Assembly (NCBI GenBank): GCA_002256025.1
Contig: NKIB01009348.1
Coordinates: 1-64,000 of the forward strand
Direction: 5' to 3'
Length of the DNA stretch: 64,000 bases
DNA from: Asterionella formosa
Lineage: Eukaryota
Shown: one piece after another, positions 25,352-38,072 of the stretch
Position numbering within the stretch: the stretch's first letter is position 1
How the letters are laid out: each line of letters starts with the position of its first letter
Notes under the pieces: model-generated
Told to the model about the DNA's origin: nothing
The model's database searches: none
The model's input: the letters and a program-made list of their open reading frames with translations, nothing else
Program-made: the position numbers and the translations under genes

Positions 25352-25560
25352 CATATGTATGATCGATATATATGTATGTGTGAAAGTGTCGATCGATCTT
25401 TTTTGGAAAAAATAGCTGTTTACCATGTCCTCGGAGTATACAGGCATATGTACACATATGTATGATCGATATACATGTATGTGTGAAAGTGTCGATCGAT
25501 TTTTTTGGAAAAAATAGCTGTTTACCATGTCCTCGGAGTATACAGGCATATGTACACATA
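25352..25560. repeat. Near-perfect tandem duplication, 103-bp unit x2
   Basis: Unit starting catatgtatgatcgat...cctcggagtatacaggcatatgtaca begins at 25352 and 25455 with very few differences. Confidence 0.95.
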
Positions 25561-27447
25561 CATGAATTGCTTAGGTAAATCTTGTTATCATATATTTATT
25601 CAGATCGCACTTACATAAATTTATCCCCAGCATGATAGTAATTTTACCAAATGAATTGAATGATGGTGCACCCATCATAACATGCAATAAAATGTGTACC
25701 AGACTAAAAATATATAATTCATCAGCCATGTTTTATCCACAAAGATCATGTCGATGCCAATAACAAAGAGGAAAGCACCAAAATATTCTATCTCTGATAG
25801 GGAGGTGATGAATCTCATACTCACAAACAAAGTGTCCAAATTGGAGGTTTAGAGGGAAAACAACAATGGCACTTTGCCCTATGGGGCGTCAAGTAAATTT
25901 TCGAAAAAAGGAATGTGATTCTCCTTTGGTTCACAAACGAGAAAGTTTACTTTATGATCTTCAAGTTGAACAACAAAGATGCTATAATCGCATACAACAA
26001 GAGCAGCTATGGGGGAAGGTTTCCCCAAAATGACTCAATTTTTTTACTTAATCATTGCCCATCCAGACAACAGCAAGTATAGATATGATGGAAGAAATGG
26101 AAGATATATTTGCTGCTGTTAATATGATGATGTCTATTTTGAATGGAGATAAACATATGGCTAGCTAGTAATAGTATAGTTACTACAAGTACTGAAGGCA
26201 CTAGTTCTGCTGTTGGGTGTGGAACGCCAAAGGGAGCAATCAAATTTGCCTCAATGTCCCTAGCCACGGCAAGGCTGGGGCACCACTCAACTACAACTGC
26301 TTGCTGGAGGCAGAAGTATGAGAGAAGAATAACCCTGGTCCTTCCCTTTGACAGTGGTGGTGCAGGTGGAAGGAAAGGAAGGGGGAAGGGCCAGAAAGCG
26401 GCGTTAGATGATGAATTCTCATTGGAAGAACAATATACATGTTTTTGTGTGTTTTCATAATAAGTATTATGAAACATTGTAATCTGTCTTCCCGCCCTGT
26501 AGAACATAAATTAATTCTATGGTATTCAGATATTTTTCAAAACTGCTTTGAACCTCTATAATGGATAAATGCATCATTGTAAACAATCATATCTTCAATT
26601 GTCAATGGAATCTGGTTGAATTGTTTGTCCAATCATAACTCCCCACGTCTCATGAACATCTGGAGCATCTAAGATGATTGAAATGAATTTTTCAGTGTTT
26701 AGTCGTACTAATCGATATACTATAATGAAATAGAGGTTCAAAGCATTTGTTTTTAGGTACCAGTACCGTAGTACTGCTAGCTGGAAACACCAGGTATCCG
26801 GTTGTCGTGCATGCTGTCTCTACATGTACCGGTATCTGCATCGACTAACACAGGCTTGACTCCTTCGATTCTGATCGAGTGGTTTGTGTTGCTATTACTA
26901 GGTACCAGGTACTGTGCTCGCATCATGGCATGGCCACATCGTGTCCGTATTTGTCGGTAAGATTATCGTACGGGTATATGTACATTGTTCAAACAGTCGC
27001 ATGGAGCATGATGTACCAAGTACTGTCTGTGCCGGTATATACTGGAATGACATACCGGTAAAGAATTTTAACCACCAGTATGGGCACCACAGTGTGCGTA
27101 CATACCGGTAGGAAGTTTGTCCGAAGCCAGCAGGCGGAGCAAGAAAATACGAGCGAACTGAAGAAGGCAAGACAAATCCAGAGAGGAGGACAGCAGTCAA
27201 AGAAGAATGTCAATCTGTTTGTATTCATTTCAGCCATATGGAGAAGATATTTTAATTACCGGTATGGAATATGTATTAGGTAGGAGGAATCAGCAATAAG
27301 AAAAATTATCTTCGACGCATCAAAGGTTCATGAAAACAAGCTACATAGGCGAAACTGGCATTAAAGATTACAATCACAGTTCTCTGCATTTCATAAATCG
27401 TACATGGATCAGATCAAATCTCTTCGCTTGTACCAGCACCCAGCACC

Positions 27448-29913
27448 ATGCATCAAGGAATAAAAAACATGATGTATTTGCTGGTCGTACTGAACTCCTC
27501 ATCCGCTTTTGTTATCAAGGGATCACAGTCGAGATATTTGACAAATGTCAACATGGCGTCCCCATCTGTTGCGACTCTCAAGATTGGTGAAGTGGTCGGA
27601 AGTGGCTCTTACGGTACAGTACATCTATGCACTCTCGACGGGGATACAAAGCCAATGATATGTAAACGACATTGGACAAAATCAGAGCTAACAAGCGCCG
27701 ATAATCCAGACGAGCGCGAGCGTCGGTGCCGACATTACTTTGAGGTTGAGCGCCACTGCTTTGAAAAAATGACACACAGCAAGAAGATACCTAATTACAT
27801 TGGTACATTTCCTGATTGCGATGGTAGGAAATGGATGACCTTCGAACTTCTGACCGAACTAGGTACTGACAAAGCTGCTCCGACACTTTATGATGTGATT
27901 AGTTTGGAGTGGAAGAACCAACATCGATCGAACAATCATCACCATTTATACATGTTGGAAGCGGCTCTTGGACTTCCCGAGGAATCAACGTTCGGTGACA
28001 TATTAGATACCATGCTCACGTCGCTTCTCGAAGCTCTTTCTTATGTTCATTCTCAGGGGATTGTGCATCGCGATGTAAAGCCAGGAAATTTGCTTTGTGA
28101 TGCATCTACACACTCATTAGTATTGATTGACTTTGGATCTGCTGCTGATATGGATCCAATTAAGTCCGGAATATTTGGAACAAAGCGCGTGGGTCTTGAG
28201 GATGATGGTCGTGTTGCCCTGTCCCCAATTTACTCATCGCCGGAAGTTTATATCAAGCCAGATCGAAGTCCCTTCGAGTTCGATGTTTTTTCTGCTGGTC
28301 TAGTATTTTCCCAGCTACTCTTTAACTACTTGGATCTGATAATGGATGCTGGTTTCGTTCAACAGATTATAGACTCAAATTGGGATCTAGACTCGTGGCT
28401 GTCGCGTGAGATGGGGTCTAAAGTGAGACCTGCTGGTCTAGAAAATGCTCTAGAATACCTCTCAGAACGTCCTGGACTATGGGGTCTCTTGACCAGTATG
28501 TTACAACGAGATCCTGAAAGGAGACCGTCCTCTGCGAGTGCATTGAAATATCTTAGAGCCATATTGGCTGGAGAAACTACTTCTGAGAGAGATGGTCCAT
28601 TTTTTGAATCTGTTGTCTCAATGATGGAGACGTGCTTGATCCCTGAGGATTACACCTACAATTCTTCAGCGTTGCCACTTCGCCCGCTACATTTCGTTGC
28701 TACGTTTCGTCGCCATCTACCCCTTGGACTAATATTAGCCGAAGCCGGTCAAGAATTCAACGGTGATCCTGAAAATCAAGGAAAATGGACAGAGGCAACC
28801 ACGAATGCCATTCCTGGAAGTGTTTTTGTTCAAGGTGTCATCCCTGGCAGCCAAGCTGATGTAATGGGTATCTTCGAAGTCGGCGATGAACTTCAATCTG
28901 TCGGAGATCTGCCATTGGCCAACGGTGGCTTTGAGAAAGTGCTTTCTAAGCTTGAGAATCAGCCAAAATCTAACAAAAATGTCAAACTTAGCTTTGATCG
29001 ACGTTCCGCCCGGACATATGCAATTTCCTCTGATGACGAGAGTCCCTCAAATATTGTCCGTGTCGTCGATGAAGGTGCGTGGTCAGCCAAAGGAAAGCGC
29101 AAGGCACAAGAGGATGCATTTGTCCTCCACGACATTCACCTCGCAAAAGATGTTCTTCTCGCGGGCGTCTTTGATGGGCACGGAGGAAATGCAGCATCCA
29201 AAACTGCTAGCCAGCTCATGCCCGGTCTCTTCACTGAGGAGCTCCGTCGAGGCACACTCACCACTCGCCAAGCCCTTGAAAGGGCTTGGGAGATTACTTG
29301 TTCCACTTATCGTGACGGTTGCGAAGAACTGGGTGAGTGCTTAGCTGAATACGATCCCAAGGAAGGTATATTGCTTGCTAGTACAGGGGCAAAGGATCTG
29401 ATTGCGGGGACAACTGCATCCATTGTTGTTATTCAAGATAGCGACATTACCCTCCTAAACTGTGGCGACTCGCGTAGTTTGTTGATTGGAAATGATGCAA
29501 CAATCAAGTTCGCCACACAAGATCACTCGCCTGAGATAGAGATGGAACGACTGCAACGGGGCTTGCAACAAGGCCTCGATTATTCATTGCCAAAATGCTC
29601 CTTGTCGAGATGGTGGCTTCCAGTCGGTGATATGGAATATGCCGTGTGCCGATCTCTCGAAGGGCCATTTGCTACATCTAAGGGTATTGTGAGTGACCCC
29701 GATGTGACCACCATTCGAAGTGTTCCGGGCATTGTTGTCATGGCTAGTGATGGGTTGTTCGAAGTAATGGGCAATGACGAGATTGGCAAAGAGGTTGCTC
29801 GCATACGAAATGCTAGTATATCGGCTGGGGATGCAGCCAAGCGCCTCTGTGCGTTAGCTCTTGAACGGGGCACGTCAGATAATGTGAGTGCCGTTGTTGT
29901 CTATCTGGAGTGA
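27448..29913 (+). CDS. Ser/Thr kinase (STN7/Stt7-like) - PDZ-like - PP2C phosphatase fusion; predicted plastid-targeted
   Basis: Kinase: GSGSYG, HRDVKPGN, IDFGSAADM, SPE, FDVFSAGLVF. PDZ-like: LPLGLILAE...VFVQGVIPGSQA..GIFEVGDEL. PP2C: QEDAF, GVFDGHGG, GTTA, NCGDSR, QDH, ASDGLF, SDNVSAVVV. N-terminus LLVVLNSSSA|F. Confidence 0.92.
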   Translation: MHQGIKNMMYLLVVLNSSSAFVIKGSQSRYLTNVNMASPSVATLKIGEVVGSGSYGTVHLCTLDGDTKPMICKRHWTKSELTSADNPDERERRCRHYFEVERHCFEKMTHSKKIPNYIGTFPDCDGRKWMTFELLTELGTDKAAPTLYDVISLEWKNQHRSNNHHHLYMLEAALGLPEESTFGDILDTMLTSLLEALSYVHSQGIVHRDVKPGNLLCDASTHSLVLIDFGSAADMDPIKSGIFGTKRVGLEDDGRVALSPIYSSPEVYIKPDRSPFEFDVFSAGLVFSQLLFNYLDLIMDAGFVQQIIDSNWDLDSWLSREMGSKVRPAGLENALEYLSERPGLWGLLTSMLQRDPERRPSSASALKYLRAILAGETTSERDGPFFESVVSMMETCLIPEDYTYNSSALPLRPLHFVATFRRHLPLGLILAEAGQEFNGDPENQGKWTEATTNAIPGSVFVQGVIPGSQADVMGIFEVGDELQSVGDLPLANGGFEKVLSKLENQPKSNKNVKLSFDRRSARTYAISSDDESPSNIVRVVDEGAWSAKGKRKAQEDAFVLHDIHLAKDVLLAGVFDGHGGNAASKTASQLMPGLFTEELRRGTLTTRQALERAWEITCSTYRDGCEELGECLAEYDPKEGILLASTGAKDLIAGTTASIVVIQDSDITLLNCGDSRSLLIGNDATIKFATQDHSPEIEMERLQRGLQQGLDYSLPKCSLSRWWLPVGDMEYAVCRSLEGPFATSKGIVSDPDVTTIRSVPGIVVMASDGLFEVMGNDEIGKEVARIRNASISAGDAAKRLCALALERGTSDNVSAVVVYLE

Positions 29914-32210
29914 GCTAGTAGCCTGTTACCGGTATAAGGAGTATTGAATTGTCAAAGGAGATCTTTTTCCATTTTGCTGTACACTCCATAATAGTTCAGG
30001 TACTGGTACCTTGTAATTTGTACTTGACAACAATGTTGATGCCAAGGTCCGCCCGGTGATATTGCTTCTCGGTGGTGCCTTCTTTATTCCAAGTTCCTCG
30101 TTTCGTCGTCCCTCCCAACCTTTTTGATTACGTTGTGGCTGTTGTACTGCCTTATTTTTATGTATCCGGTATGTAGGACCATGATGACTGACGGGTACAC
30201 CAGACCAGTACCTACGGTACCAGTACCAGGTTGTCCACTCTCCCTGCTATAGCACGACTTGAACGCACCACCATTTTTGACGGGTTTATAATGTAAATAA
30301 AAACGCACGGCCGAGCAAGAACGATGCTGGGCCCGCTCCATATGTTCCAACGAGTGATATTTCATTCATGGAGACAATTTGGAGTACTGGTACCGGTATC
30401 AGGTGCGTCTATCGATTTACCTCGGCTGTGGTCTGAACTACCGTGCGAAAACGCGGTAAATTCAGCCGAAACAGCCATCTACCGGTATGTAGTGGTATCT
30501 ACCGGTACCTAGTACTGGTACCAGGTTACCCATAAGTAGAGCCCAGTTTCTGTAAATACACATGCTTGCACATGTGTAGCAGCTGGTGATGTCGCAACGA
30601 GTACGGGTAAACGTTTACAACTTTAGCTAAACGAACACCGGTAGTATGTAGAAAATCAAAATCCCTACTATAATGTACTGTTCCTACATTTACATAGCCA
30701 TACATACAAATAACATTTAACACTTCATAACATGCAATTCACTGTGAAGTAAAAGTTATTGGAAGTCTAGCAGAGTAGCTACCTAAGTCTTCTGACCGGT
30801 TTAATACTATGGACATCATGTTCCGACAACAAACATACATGTAGAACAATTAACAATCATATTGTAGCACATATACCGGTAGGCGGGGCATGGATATAAG
30901 TATGTACTTCATAGTAAATATCCATTCAAGAGTGTAGTATGCAGAGAGGACCTATATTCTTCATAGATAAATACGGTACATTTACAACTACCTGTATATT
31001 TAGTCCCGTAGCAACATTTATGAATGCCGGGTAGTCGTTCCATTACATTACTTATCATTGGCGGGGGTTGGAAAACATATTTTATGATCGTTCTTTGGTC
31101 CATGCATCTGAACCAGTAAGAAACCCAAATTTTTTGGATTGGCTGGGGTGGGGTGTTGGATTAGGTTTTTTGGAATACCGGTAGGGGGTTTGAGTTAAGG
31201 GGAATGAGTTTCACCCTAAAATAGTTCTTGCCAAATCGAGTTCCAGCATAATAGCACTCAAACGATCATGCCACGAATGAAAGTTAACCGTTGTCCGAGC
31301 TAGCCAGCGCCTATCTCTTTTGATTTGATCAACAGGTGTGTATGTCCAAATCGTCATTTCGGCGAATTTACCTCAAATTGCTGGCACCTCATACTTTCAT
31401 AACAACAACAGGTGTTCTCCCTACCGGTACCTGTTTATTACCGCTATTTATTTATTTTATTTATTAATCAGAGTGGGGCGAAAAAATGCATATTGTTCTC
31501 CTCACACATGGCACACTCCGTTAGTACTTTATTAAACGAAGCAACCGCCAAACAAAATTGTGAACAGCAAATTCAATGATGTATTCATGTCTGTATTTAT
31601 TCAATAATACGGTTACGACAGTAAAAATTTGAGAATACGAGTTGTACCGTCGCTCCTAAGTAACGCAAATAATCGACGTTTATATAATATACATGAACAT
31701 ATCTTTTATTAGCGGGAGGGTTAGGGATATTTGTTGAATGAAATTTGGACAACACAAGCGACTGTACTGGCAACGAGGTCGAATCGTTCAAATGTACGAG
31801 GGAAGCAAGCGAGATGTGCCTGCGTTCAAATTTGAAGGGAGAGGTACCGTACATTCCGGGCAGTCTTGTCCCAGGCCACACCCACTTTCGACCTCTGGAT
31901 AACGAGTATTACATTTGTTGCTGTCGTGAATGCAAATGCCTATGGCTCACCAGCAAAGCATCCTTCATATCCCGTTACTGTTTCAAGCAAGACCTGCATT
32001 GAGACTTGCCTAGACTTGGTTGCCGTGTCTGCAGAGATTTAAGTCAAGAGTGAACGCATTCCCTGTCGTTCTCATTACGACCGTCGATCGAAGCTAATAG
32101 CGACATTGAGAGGGGCGAACTGATCACTCTCAGACTTTGGACAGGTACTCACGGCTAACGCAGTCAATCCTCTGCGTGTTTATTCTGCTTCCTCAAACGT
32201 TTTCGGAACG

Positions 32211-35200
32211 ATGAAGAGTTTAATAACTTTGGCAGTCTTGTTGTCCTCCACTGTCTTAGGAAGCAACGTTACTCTAGGAAGCAACATTACTCTACAGGAA
32301 ATGGTCGATCCGCAGGAATGCTACAATGCTCTGTACTCATCTGATTCTAACGGCGACGGCAAAGTTAATTCCACTGAATACATTACTGTCAATCAAATTT
32401 TGGGACCTGATGGCTTTGTTGCGAATGTCACTTCTTTTCAAGACTTGCCTCTGGTTATCCAAGGAACCTTTATCGTTTTGGCGTGTCAGTGTACGTCGTT
32501 CCCAAACGCGACAACTGACTGTTGTATGGGAGATAACGCAAATTTAAATATCGATGGAACTGCTCCGGGACAGACACCCACCGAAGAACAGATGAAGTAT
32601 CTCGACAAGGTTTGCCTTCGGACCGTGCTTGCTATCCAAGCCTCTCTGGGGACGGAAGCACCAACATTCAGTCCGAGCATGTCTCCAACCAGGATTGAAA
32701 ATGTTTTCCCAACTACTAGTCCGTCAACGTCCCCTCTTGCTTCCAGTGTTCCTTCGCAAGTAGCTTCAGCAGCACCTTCGAAAGTAGCCTCAGCAGCACC
32801 TTCGAAAGTAGCTTCAGGAGCACCTTCGGAAGTAGCTTCAGCTGCACCTACGGAAGTAGCCTCAGCAGCACCTTCAACGACACCTACAGAAATCCCAACA
32901 TCAATGCCTCAAACCCTGCCTCCTGTCAGCTCAGCTCCTAGTATGAAAGAATCATCAGTGCCGACTGGTGTGGTCACTGCGGTACCGAGTTCCACTCCAA
33001 CTGATAAACCCAGTACGATGGCCCCCACTTCCCCATTGGTGCCGACAGCCAAGCCATCGTCCATCGTCGATGTAGCTGTGGAGGTTTCATACAAAATTGG
33101 CATTGAAAACGGGGAAAATGTCATTCCCCCCAATTACGTGACAAATTTGGAACAAGCCATGGATATTTTGGCACCACAAGTTGTTGATGAGACTTTTAAT
33201 GGAAGCGATGTCAACATTCAGTTTCCTACAGCTGTGGTGTTGGTGTCGAATCAGAGTAAGTCAATTGTGCTATTTCATTTCCTGTCGTGGTCTATTGCAT
33301 TTTCTCATAAATGTGACTAACCTAAAATACCTTGTCAAAATTCAGCGTGTCCAACTGGAACTGCACCTGCTGATCTTTGCCAAGAGATTACTGCGTCCGT
33401 CACGCTGCTTGTTACAGAATACCGAAGAACTCGAAGGGCTGCAGAGGGTCGCAGGGCCGTTGGCTCGAGTGCTGCTGCAGAAATTTATCAGGGAGCCCTC
33501 ATGGCTGCCATTGAGGAAGGTAGACTTCAAACTGCACTTGATGAAGTGAACCCCCAATCCAATGTCAGAATCTTGACAGTTTCGCAAGCTACGTTGTCAC
33601 CTACCTCCAGTCCCATTGTAGGAAGCGATGGTTTAAGTGGCGGTGCGATTGGAGGAATTGTGGTTGCAGCAGCCGTAAGTGTAATTCTATTTGGAATTTT
33701 GGCTTATAGACGTGGTCACCGCGAAGATAAGGTTCAGGGAGCGTTCTTTCCGGGAAGTAGCCAGCAAGCGCTTCAACAGGCCGATGATCGCAATGTGCCA
33801 CCCGGTGCAGAAACTCTTGGTGCCACTACACCAGACTATGGTAAAAAGAGCAAAAAAGATGCGACGACTGCGGTTGACTTGGAAGAAGGTTTGGGTACAG
33901 ATGATGCACCCACGCCACTGTTGCTGAACGAAAGCAACGATTCTTCATCCAACGCTGGAGATAGTGGTTGGTCGTCAAGTGCTGGAGTCTCAAGTCTTCG
34001 ATCGGGAAGTTTTGAATCAATGGAAGCTGACACAGTCCCTGGTGGTTCGACTTTGGCCGCCATTGGCGTTGCTAGTGGTATGGCTGTTGGCACGACGATA
34101 AGAGACAGGTATGCTTACAAATTGAACTGACGCGTAACCTATTTTGGAAGCTTTTCATTAACCCTTCCCCATTTGATCCCTTTTCCATTTTGCAGTGATG
34201 GAGTTGATAGTGGAGCTGTTACTGACCTTCCTGTTGTTACTCGTGACGATCTGGATTCAGCTATTGATGCAGGTGATTGGGCCGCTGTTGGTGCCACTGC
34301 TGCCTTACTGGCTGCTGCTTCTGATTCCCAATCATTTTCATCCCGAAGTGGTCGAAGCCGTCGTTCCGGGAACAGTGCATCTCGTGGTGGATCTTCGATG
34401 TCATCGATGGATGCCGCTCGAGCTGCTGAGCTTGATCACCTCGTTGATGCTGGAGATTGGGAAGGTGTTGTCCTTGCTGCAGCAAAATTCGAAGCCACTG
34501 AGGATTCTTCATCCAAGGCTTCTCACACCGGTGGCTCTGCGACGGGATCATCTCAATACTCTGGCACCGGTTCACAAGGATATTCCCCTAGCACTAGTGT
34601 TAGTGAGAGCGCAAGTAAGATTCAAAAACGAGACGAGATCCGTGAAGAGGTTGAAGCTCTTGTGCGTCGAGTCGTTCCCGAAGAGATTGGCAATGTTGAC
34701 GAGATGATGATGCAGTTCAAGGGGCGTGAGGAAGAGTTGGTCGAGACACTACGTACAATGCAGGAACGTCAGGTTGCTCAGAAGGCACGGGTGCAGGGTC
34801 AGAAACAAGCAAAACGCGATGCAAAGATGACTGTTGCTGCTGGAGGTGCTGGGCTTCCAGCTGCGTCGCCTGCAAGTGGAACTATTATTGCAACCGGAGG
34901 CGGCATCAGTGGAGGGGCAGCAGCTGGTATCGCGATTGGCACTGCTGCGGCCGTTGGTGTTGCCGCTGGTTTAGCTGTTGCCACTGATAGCGACGATGAA
35001 AGTAGTTCGCACGTTACCGATGAGGCGGAAGTGTCTTCCTACGCGGGACTCCAAGCGGCGTTCGATACTGGTGATGCACTGGGAGTAGAAAGCAGTGAAA
35101 CAGAGTCCGACCACTCAAACAAGGGACGACGGACAGCATTGGAGCTTGCAATTGAAGCTGGTGATTGGGAAGCTGTTGGGGAGGCTGCTGCTATGATGAG

Positions 35201-35795
35201 TGATACCAGCGTCACCAGCACATCAACTGGTGAGATCGACAATATTGCATTTGGTGCTTCGACATCTGTTGGCAGCAGTAGAAGTTCTTTCTCTGATGAA
35301 TCAGAAGAGCGAAGGCAACGAATGAAATCTGGAGTCAATGCTGAGCGTGCTGCCGAGCTTGATCAAATGATTGATCAAGGGGACTGGACTGGAGTCGTTG
35401 CTGCAGCAAGTCGATTCAGTGCGACCACAACTCCATCAGATCGATCAGGTGGCGAGAGCACACAAAGTAATATTGGTGTTGGAGCAGGTGCGTCAACACT
35501 AGGAAGTAGCGAAGCTGCTTCTGGATCAACAGACCTGGAATTAGACAGACAGCGACAGATGAAGGAAGAAGAAGATGCACTTGCTCAGGCTGAAATTTGG
35601 ATGGCAATTGCTGAACAGAGCAAGCAGGAAGGCCAGACAGATGCAGGAGCCAGTGATGCTGCTGACTGGGCCATCGCCCGAAGCCTGTCAGCTCTGAAGA
35701 ATGCAGAGCAAACTGGTGAGCTACAACGGAAGAATGTGCCATCCGACACTGGTGAGGCAGCGTCAGTTGCTAGTAGCCAGGATAGAAGCGTTTAA
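32211..35795 (+). CDS. Single-pass (type I) membrane protein, ~1135 aa; exons 32211-33255, 33346-34108, 34196-35795
   Basis: Both GT-AG introns (90 and 87 nt) join the three ORFs in frame. Signal peptide, EF-hand-like DSNGDGKVNSTEY, Cys-rich domain, S/T/P stalk, TM segment GAIGGIVVAAAVSVILFGILAY-RR, cytosolic GDW repeats. Confidence 0.88.
32750..32876 (+). repeat. Coding minisatellite, 24-nt unit (VASAAPSK-like) x5
   Basis: gtagc(t/c)tcag(c/g)(a/t)gcacct repeats every 24 nt. Confidence 0.9.
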
Positions 35796-36079
35796 GTGAA
35801 ATGGATGAAAAGTACTGCTTGCAACTGGTATGCAGCTATTTCCTGTGTTGATGTTTCAGTGGATCATGGCAATGTTTTAATTAGACTCATCTTTAGCAAT
35901 TCTCTAATTTATTGTTGCTGTGAATTGCTTGATGATGAAAACTGGTCTGAAAACGTAAATAGTCTAGAAAAAATTTCCATATCCCCAGACACATTTGCGG
36001 TTGAAAAGTGACACAATTCCAATAATTATTTTTCTGAACTACCAATTGCTGTCATGTCAAGAATATAGTATCCATGGGT

Positions 36080-36218
36080 ATTATGAGTCATGATTAATGT
36101 CAACTTGACTATAATCCAATGAACCAAATGGTGCAATAATATTTGTGAACTACCAGTTGTTTTATGAGTCATGATTACTGCCAACTTGACTATAATCCAA
36201 TGAACCAAATGGTGCAAT
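36080..36218. repeat. Local direct duplication, ~58 bp
   Basis: ttatgagtcatgatta..g.caacttgactataatccaatgaaccaaatggtgcaat occurs at ~36081 and ~36162. Confidence 0.85.
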
Positions 36219-38072
36219 CCCATCAAGAGGCTTGCTAAAGAGGCTCATCATTTATGTCAATGGAAAGAAGGATAATGTAAACAGAAGAGAACTCTAGAGA
36301 TTAGCTTCACAAAGTGTGCGGTGCACTGCCAAGGATGGAATTGAAATCAGAGATTAGCTTAATAACTTCATTAGTTAAAGTAATTAACAAATAGACAGTG
36401 ATAATTCACAGAGTTAAGTCAACAGTAAAAACTAACAAGAAGGCAAACAGCAAGCGATAACAGTACTGGTTCTACAACAGATAAGACCTACATAAAGAAA
36501 TACCTGCCTATGATTCAAGTGTCTTCAGTTTTCACCTCTAACATAGTATGCCAAGATATGTATGAATTACCCTGGAAATGACGAAAATAAAACCAAATTG
36601 TCGCAACTGTGTACATCGCCGCTCAGCTTAAAGAAATGCACATTGTCAATGTAAAATTGTAAATTTAATTTTTCCATACATCAATCATTTGGCATCTCTC
36701 ACCAGTAACGAAAATTATCCAAGTCTATCTTTGTCATCGTATAGTACATTGTATTACCTGGAATGTACAAATCACAAAGAAATTTAGGAAGTCATGTTAG
36801 AACAAAATTTCAAAATGATGCAGCACCAGAGTTAACACCTTCTTCTAAATTGTTTTTGGTGATAAATTATTTGATTGGCGAAGAAAAGAAATATCAAAAT
36901 TTTGTAATGATGGATAATGAACTGTTCAACTCACTCAGTTGATTTTTTAAAACAAAATTCAGGTTTATTCTTATTCCAGTAGAAGCCTATTAGGTCATCA
37001 AGTGCATGGGGTATTAGCTAGCAGTAAAAATTGGCTGTGTCCTCTCCTTTTTGTTCTATTGTTTAAAAGTCATAAATGTAGAATCAGAAATTGCTCTGGA
37101 CAAAATTATCATCAAAACTGCGCCAGGTGTTCTATGTTGTTGTGGTACAAAGAGGACATCATGGCTGCGCCAGGATTTTGATCATCTAAGTAAAGTATAA
37201 AGACAACATCAAAAACCACAGTGAACAATATGTTTCTAACATTAGGACAAGCCTTAAACCCATTTCCCCCTGCCAACTTTTCAGTTGCCTTAGTATTAGC
37301 ACATCCTTCATCAACTCGCTCACATATTGTTTGTTGCACGAACAGAAGGTGGAAAGATGCAACTTTGAGATCAACCGCAATGGATGCTTTTAAAGTAAGA
37401 TTGATTTGCTTGCAAGGAAGAGATAATTTTTTATACCTTTCTCTTGTTCTCAACATTCATTATCCACGAGCTCTACTCAAGTAGATACCAAACGAGTCAA
37501 CGGATCTAACACTTTAAGATAGTGCAACAATATACACTAATTCAGAGTCATCATTCAGTATAGACATCTAGTACAAAGAGTTAGCTAGCCTAGTGAGAGG
37601 CATTGACTCTTCAGACAACTTACTACAATGTCTTATCTCGGGGGTGGTCTCATACATTGATTTCGTAATGGTTAAAGGGTCACCTAGACTAAACTAAGGC
37701 TTATGCTCTAGTAAACGGTAACCCATGAGTAATCCTTACTTAATATCAAAGCTAGGATTAAACCTAGCAAGGATTAAGTATAAAATCATGGGTAACAAGT
37801 CAAAATTGATCTTTTCAGTCTCGAGGGTTCTTCTCAAATGACTCCTTTCCAAGATTAGATCTATCCAGCGTGCAATTGCAGCAGTTTAATAGCAATTATC
37901 TCACTCTTTTTCTATCTCATTAATACACTTGGACTTGATCCCCAAGTAGCAAAACGAGCTGACCATCTATTTCGTCAATTCCATCAGATACTCTTTGAGG
38001 TTCCGTAACCATAATTGAGAATGATTTGATGCTCTTCTACTGTCTCATCCCTTGTGTAGAGTTAGCTGTTGC

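Noticed and set aside
25352..25560. Possible CRISPR-like array (also considered 46270-46484 and 16480-16845)
   Set aside because: Units are contiguous tandem copies with no unique spacers, and no cas-like genes are present.
25800..26750. Transposase N-terminus (NNNGTLPYGA) and the 151-aa ORF
   Set aside because: Too short and degenerate to assign. Probably TE debris.
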